64,000 nt of DNA from the NCBI GenBank assembly GCA_030424715.1, contig JAUHWH010000002.1, forward strand, positions 147,080 through 211,079. The letters run 5' to 3'. Positions 59,404 through 64,000 of the stretch are shown piece by piece. How positions within the stretch are numbered: the stretch's first letter is position 1; each line of letters opens with the position of its first letter. The notes under the pieces are model-generated. The model did not search any database, was not told the DNA's origin, and worked only from the letters and a program-made list of their open reading frames with translations. Source of the DNA: Bdellovibrionia bacterium. GTDB taxonomy: Bacteria; Bdellovibrionota; Bdellovibrionia; Bdellovibrionales; JAGQZY01. Both the position numbers and the translations under genes were made by a program.

Positions 59404-59864
59404 ACTTTTCCTTTAAAACTGTTGGAACTCAGCAGCCTGTAGTCTCTTGACATGAGGTCGTCGGACTTTGAGATATTGATATCAAGGCGGGGCCAGTGTA
59501 AGGGCCATGACTCTAAAGAAATACGCTCTGCCCATTCCACAAAAATCAGAGCTTTGTCGTTTTCAAAGAGGTCCCAAAAACCAATACTCTCTAGATCGTC
59601 GGCATCCTCGATCCGATAAAGATCAACATGAAAAACCAAGGGCACTTTCGGTGTTACATAGCGATGGATCATGGAATAAGTGGGTGAACTTGCTTCATCA
59701 TGCCCAAGCACCTGCAAAGTCTTTTTCACCAAGGCTGTTTTACCGGCGCCCAAGGGGCCGTTCAATAGAATCAGCTGTTGAGGGGCCAAGTCTTCAACCC
59801 ATTGCTGGATCCAAGGTTCCAGCTGCTCAAAGGAAAGCTTTGTTGCTGTTTGCGAGAGAGTCAC
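59400..59864 (-). CDS. tsaE: tRNA threonylcarbamoyladenosine biosynthesis ATPase
   Basis: GPLGAGKT, SSPTY, HVDLYR, VEWAE. Confidence 0.95.
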   Translation of the reverse strand: MTLSQTATKLSFEQLEPWIQQWVEDLAPQQLILLNGPLGAGKTALVKKTLQVLGHDEASSPTYSMIHRYVTPKVPLVFHVDLYRIEDADDLESIGFWDLFENDKALIFVEWAERISLESWPLHWPRLDINISKSDDLMSRDYRLLSSNSFKGKV

Positions 59865-59878
59865 TGGTTGGGGGCCAA

Positions 59879-61240
59879 TCAGTTTAGGTTCTTCTCAAGA
59901 AATGAAGCCATCTCTTGAGCGTACTCGGTAATCTGTCTCTTATCAGGCCCCTCAACTAAGACACGCGCCAAATTCTCGGTGCCAGAAAAACGCACCAGAA
60001 TTCGCCCCTGCCCCTTTAATTGTTTTTCAATTTTATTTTTTAAATCGGAAAAACCCGGCAACTCATTGAGATCTGTTTTACTTTTTATTTTGGTATTGAT
60101 TAAAATCTGGGGCACCTCTTTGATAATATCATTCAGGGCACTGAGCTTTTTACCCGAGCCTTTCATCACAGCAATGACATTAAGAGCAGCTACACAGCCG
60201 TCCCCCGTGGTTGAATGCTCTAGAAAAATAATATGGCCAGACTGCTCGCCCCCCAGGGTGTAGCCGTATTTGCGCATCTCTTGCACCACATATTTGTCAC
60301 CAACATCGGTTCGCACCACCTGAATCCCATGCTCGCCCATCACCTTGTCTAAGGCGAAGTTACTCATATGGGTGGCGACAACCGTGTTTTTTGGCAGCTT
60401 CCCGAGCTCTTTAAGATGAATGGCGGCCATGGCAAGGATATGATCCCCATTGACCACTCGCCCTTTTTCATCGGCCATGATCACGCGATCGGCGTCGCCA
60501 TCCAGGCTAATACCGAGATCGGCACGGTATTTCTTTACTGCTTCTGTCATTTTCACCGGGTACAAAGCACCCGACTTATCATTGACATTGAACCCGTTGG
60601 GTTGGTTGCCTAAGATGATCACTTCGGCCCCAAGCTCTTCGAACACCGCCGGCGCCACCTTGTAGGCTGCTCCATTAGCGCAATCTAAGACCACTCTTAA
60701 GCCCTCGAGGTTGTACTCCAGCGGAAAGGTATTTTTGATGTCCACGATGTATCGGCCGGCGGCATCTTCTATTCTCTTCGTCCGCCCCACAGAGGAACCG
60801 TCGGCTAAAAGAGGTTCCAAATCGGTGTCGAGCACCAGACGTTCTATTTCGTCTTCAATGGATGATGATATCTTAAAACCATCAGAACCAAATATCTTTA
60901 TGCCATTATCGTGAAAGGGATTGTGGGAAGCCGAAATAACGATACCAGCATCGGCACGCATGTTACGGGCCAAAAACCCAATACCCGGTGTCGGAAGGGG
61001 GCCCACCAATTGAACATGAACCCCCATGGAGTTCAAGCCACTGGTGAGAGCTTGCTCGACCATATAGCCGGAAAGCCGAGTGTCTTTGCCGATCACCACT
61101 TTCGGATGATGGTTGCGCACAGGGTCCTTCATAATGAGATGGCCCAATGCCTGCCCCACTTTAAGGATGATCCCCGGGGTCATTGGGTAAGTGTTTGCGG
61201 TGGCTCGAATACCGTCGGTTCCAAATAAACGCTTTGCCAT
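59879..61240 (-). CDS. glmM: Phosphoglucosamine mutase
   Basis: LFGTDGIR, GKDTRLSG, ISASHNP, DGDADR, GGEQSGH, RFSGTE. Confidence 0.97.
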   Translation of the reverse strand: MAKRLFGTDGIRATANTYPMTPGIILKVGQALGHLIMKDPVRNHHPKVVIGKDTRLSGYMVEQALTSGLNSMGVHVQLVGPLPTPGIGFLARNMRADAGIVISASHNPFHDNGIKIFGSDGFKISSSIEDEIERLVLDTDLEPLLADGSSVGRTKRIEDAAGRYIVDIKNTFPLEYNLEGLRVVLDCANGAAYKVAPAVFEELGAEVIILGNQPNGFNVNDKSGALYPVKMTEAVKKYRADLGISLDGDADRVIMADEKGRVVNGDHILAMAAIHLKELGKLPKNTVVATHMSNFALDKVMGEHGIQVVRTDVGDKYVVQEMRKYGYTLGGEQSGHIIFLEHSTTGDGCVAALNVIAVMKGSGKKLSALNDIIKEVPQILINTKIKSKTDLNELPGFSDLKNKIEKQLKGQGRILVRFSGTENLARVLVEGPDKRQITEYAQEMASFLEKNLN

Positions 61241-61264
61241 AACTACATCACTCTTTCAACGGCC

Positions 61265-63250
61265 CTAAGCCGTGACAGGGTCGCCCATTCCACCAGACAC
61301 TTTTTCGGCCTCTTCTTTTTCTTCATCGCGGGCGACTTTTTCCATCTCTTCTTTGGCCTTCACTTGCTCTTTTTCCATGGCTTCGGAACGGTCGTCATGA
61401 CGTTTCTTGAGATCCTCAAGACTCGAACCATTGACCAACATCGTAACGTCTTCACCATCAATGGTTTCAAACTCGAGGAGAGATTTGGAAATGTTATGGA
61501 GAATATCCACGTTATCTTCAAGAATTCTTTTCGCTCGGTTGTAACCTTCCATAATAATCCGATGCACTTCGTTGTCGATTTGCTCCGCTTTTGAGTCTGA
61601 ATACTCTTTGGTATTGCTTGACTGCATGCCTAAATAAACGGGGCCATCGTTTTTCTCGTAAGCCAGAGGGCCGAGCTTCTCGCTCATACCCCACTCGCAG
61701 ACCATTTTTCGAGCGACATCCGTGGCGCGCTCAATATCGTTTCCCGCACCAGTGGTGTAGTCTTCAAAAATCATTTCTTCAGCAACACGGCCACCAAAAA
61801 GCATGGCAATCATGTTTTCCGCACTTTTCTTGGACATATTCAGGCGATCTTTCTCTGGCAGAAATTGCGTGAGCCCAAGAGCCATCCCGCGAGGAATAAT
61901 AGTGACCTTGTGGATCGGATCGGTGCCTTTTAGCATTTTCCCAACCAGAGCATGCCCGGCCTCATGATAGGCGGTAATTTTTTTATCTTCTTCGCTAATC
62001 ACCATGGACTTTCTTTCAGACCCCATGATGACTTTATCTTTAGCAAAGTCGAAATCACCCATGGTCACTTTGGAGTGCTCAAGACGTGCCGCACTCAAGG
62101 CCGCTTCGTTAACAAGATTGGCAAGGTCCGCCCCGGAAAAGCCCGGTGTTCCCTGCGCCACCTTTTTCAAGTTCACGTCGCTGGCCGTGGGAACTTTCTT
62201 TGCATGAACACTTAGAATCTTTTCACGTCCGCCCACGTCCGGCTTGTTGACAACCACCCGACGATCAAAACGCCCCGGGCGCAACAATGCCGGATCCAAA
62301 ACATCGGGACGGTTGGTCGCAGCAATAATGATCACACCTTCATTGCTCTCGAAACCATCCATCTCAACAAGCATTTGGTTTAAGGTTTGTTCTCTCTCAT
62401 CGTGACCACCACCCATGCCGGAACCACGGTGCCGACCGACAGCATCGATCTCATCAATAAAGATCAAACAAGGCGCGCTCCGCTTACCCTGCTCAAAGAG
62501 GTCACGGACACGACTGGCGCCGACACCTACGAACATCTCAACAAAATCAGAACCCGAGATCGTGAAAAAAGGAACTCCGGCCTCACCGGCCACGGCTCGC
62601 GCCAATAGGGTTTTACCCGTCCCCGGAGGCCCCACCAACAAAACCCCTTTCGGGATCTTACCGCCAAGGCGCGTGTACTTTTTGGAGTCTTTTAAGAAAT
62701 CGACCACCTCTGTGAGCTCTTCTTTGGCCTCATTGACTCCCGCCACGTCGGCAAACGTCACGGTGTTTTTGTTCTCCGTGAGAAGTTTGGCTTTCGATTT
62801 ACCAAAGGACATGGCTTTGCCGCCACCGACTTGCAGTTGACGCATTACAAATATAAACAGGCCAAAGATAATCAGGATGGGCAGATAGTTCATTAGAAAA
62901 ACCATCATGAACGAATTTTGTGCGTTGGATTCATACTTTGGAGTGAGGCCATTTTGCTCGAGCAATCGAGCCCCCTGCTCGCCGATGTTCCCCACAATGG
63001 TGAAGTCCTTGCCGCCGTACTCAGACTCAAACGGTTGTTTAATGGTACCGTGGATTTCTCCGATGTCGCTGCCTGACCCCACATCTTTGAACGTGATGCT
63101 GTCGACCTTTTGGGTTTCAATAGCGTTGCGAAACTTCGGGTAATCAAAATCGACGATCTGAGTCTTCTTGGTCTGCTCATATGCTTGAACCATTATGACC
63201 ACAACTATAATTGCGAGTGCCCAGAAGGCCATGGATCGAGATGCTTTCAT
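61265..63250 (-). CDS. ftsH: ATP-dependent zinc metalloprotease FtsH
   Basis: Two TM segments, [14 protein letters not shown], second region of homology, HEAGH; ATG 63250 follows an AAGGA SD. Confidence 0.97.
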   Translation of the reverse strand: MKASRSMAFWALAIIVVVIMVQAYEQTKKTQIVDFDYPKFRNAIETQKVDSITFKDVGSGSDIGEIHGTIKQPFESEYGGKDFTIVGNIGEQGARLLEQNGLTPKYESNAQNSFMMVFLMNYLPILIIFGLFIFVMRQLQVGGGKAMSFGKSKAKLLTENKNTVTFADVAGVNEAKEELTEVVDFLKDSKKYTRLGGKIPKGVLLVGPPGTGKTLLARAVAGEAGVPFFTISGSDFVEMFVGVGASRVRDLFEQGKRSAPCLIFIDEIDAVGRHRGSGMGGGHDEREQTLNQMLVEMDGFESNEGVIIIAATNRPDVLDPALLRPGRFDRRVVVNKPDVGGREKILSVHAKKVPTASDVNLKKVAQGTPGFSGADLANLVNEAALSAARLEHSKVTMGDFDFAKDKVIMGSERKSMVISEEDKKITAYHEAGHALVGKMLKGTDPIHKVTIIPRGMALGLTQFLPEKDRLNMSKKSAENMIAMLFGGRVAEEMIFEDYTTGAGNDIERATDVARKMVCEWGMSEKLGPLAYEKNDGPVYLGMQSSNTKEYSDSKAEQIDNEVHRIIMEGYNRAKRILEDNVDILHNISKSLLEFETIDGEDVTMLVNGSSLEDLKKRHDDRSEAMEKEQVKAKEEMEKVARDEEKEEAEKVSGGMGDPVTA

Positions 63251-63308
63251 ATCACTTCCTTTAGTAAAGCCTTCATACAGTCTAACACTGTCTGGGAGAG
63301 GGCTCAAT

Positions 63309-64000
63309 TCAGCTGGGCTCTTGTACGCTCATTCGTCCTGCGTCAACAACCCAACGCCTGCCAAGCAGCCTAAAGGTGTGGCTTCTTTTCTCTGTGTCAA
63401 GGCGCTTCAAGATCTCATTCACATGGGAGAGACCGTAATCTTTTAGTCCCTGACTCTTCATATAAGTCGCAAGAACCTGCTTTTTCACCTCTCTATTGAG
63501 GGTCAAAAACTCCCCTAGAATGACCTGATCGTCCTGTAGCGCGCAAACTGGACCTTCTGACGGGTCGATATTCTCCACCAAGAGGTCGAAACTACGAGCC
63601 AATCCCTTGAGAGCCCCGGGCTGTCTCTGCTCCAGCTGCGGAAGCCAGACCGTCCTCACCCAGTTGCGCAAGAATTGTGCTTGATCATTACTGGGGTCCT
63701 CAAGCCATTGAAGCTCCTTATCAATTAAAAAGGCTTTCAGATTCTGACGGGACAAACCTAAAAGAGGTCGCAACACCGATCCATTCCACTCGACCATCGC
63801 TCTTAACCCGTCTGGGCCCGTTCCTCGAATCAGACGTAACAGGCGAGTCTCCAGTAAATCGTCTTGATGATGCCCCAATACCAGCAGATCGAGGGATTCA
63901 GCATCCATCACCTTTTGAAAGTACTGGTAACGTGCCTCACGCATCTGCGCTTCACTGTTCAAAGTCGTGGTAAAAGAGCCCAAGAAAGCCCCCTTGTCAG
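63309..64000 (-). CDS. tilS: tRNA(Ile)-lysidine synthetase, 5' end outside the window
   Basis: [33 protein letters not shown]; the frame stays open to the window edge; upstream of ftsH. Confidence 0.93.
   Translation of the reverse strand, partial: DKGAFLGSFTTTLNSEAQMREARYQYFQKVMDAESLDLLVLGHHQDDLLETRLLRLIRGTGPDGLRAMVEWNGSVLRPLLGLSRQNLKAFLIDKELQWLEDPSNDQAQFLRNWVRTVWLPQLEQRQPGALKGLARSFDLLVENIDPSEGPVCALQDDQVILGEFLTLNREVKKQVLATYMKSQGLKDYGLSHVNEILKRLDTEKRSHTFRLLGRRWVVDAGRMSVQEPS

Noticed and set aside
1..64000. tRNA, rRNA, CRISPR arrays, prophage, IS elements, defence systems
   Set aside because: No cloverleaf, repeat-spacer array, integrase, transposase or phage gene was seen in any intergenic gap or ORF.

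Overview
A chromosomal window of mostly core genes. The gene repertoire and order (ScpA, hybrid MaeB, TIGR04552-like protein, LuxR solo, glnD-mutS, iscS-mnmA-mtaB-rnc-era-der, tilS-ftsH-glmM-tsaE) suggest a Bdellovibrionota-like, probably predatory bacterium; this taxonomy is an inference. Main blocks: (1) about 1.6-15.3 kb, fatty/branched-acyl-CoA catabolism (FadL-like porin, acyl-CoA dehydrogenase, IcmF, crotonase, Hbd, FadJ/FadI-like); (2) maeB-hflX; (3) an accessory stretch at about 19.0-24.5 kb with orphan secreted proteins and a LytS/LytTR pair; (4) glnD, mutS and a K+ channel; (5) a peptidoglycan-recycling operon (ldcA-serine hydrolase-mpl), PAP2 and a desaturase; (6) purine genes purMN and purBCSQLF; (7) ribosome/tRNA maturation genes; (8) orphan lipoproteins, a gene with a perfect sigma-28 promoter, then tsaE-glmM-ftsH-tilS. 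I saw no tRNA, rRNA, CRISPR array, integrase or transposase. The most striking observation is a protein at 19186-21147 with an apparent Sec signal peptide followed by a sigma-70-like core (regions 2, 3 and an RpoD-like region 4), i.e. an apparently exported sigma factor. It shares a terminal S-C-S-x-(V/I)-F motif and an upstream 10-mer with another orphan secreted protein (31010-31885), which hints at an undescribed effector/sorting system. All calls are by eye from motifs; no database search was run, and some start codons were re-assigned by inspection.
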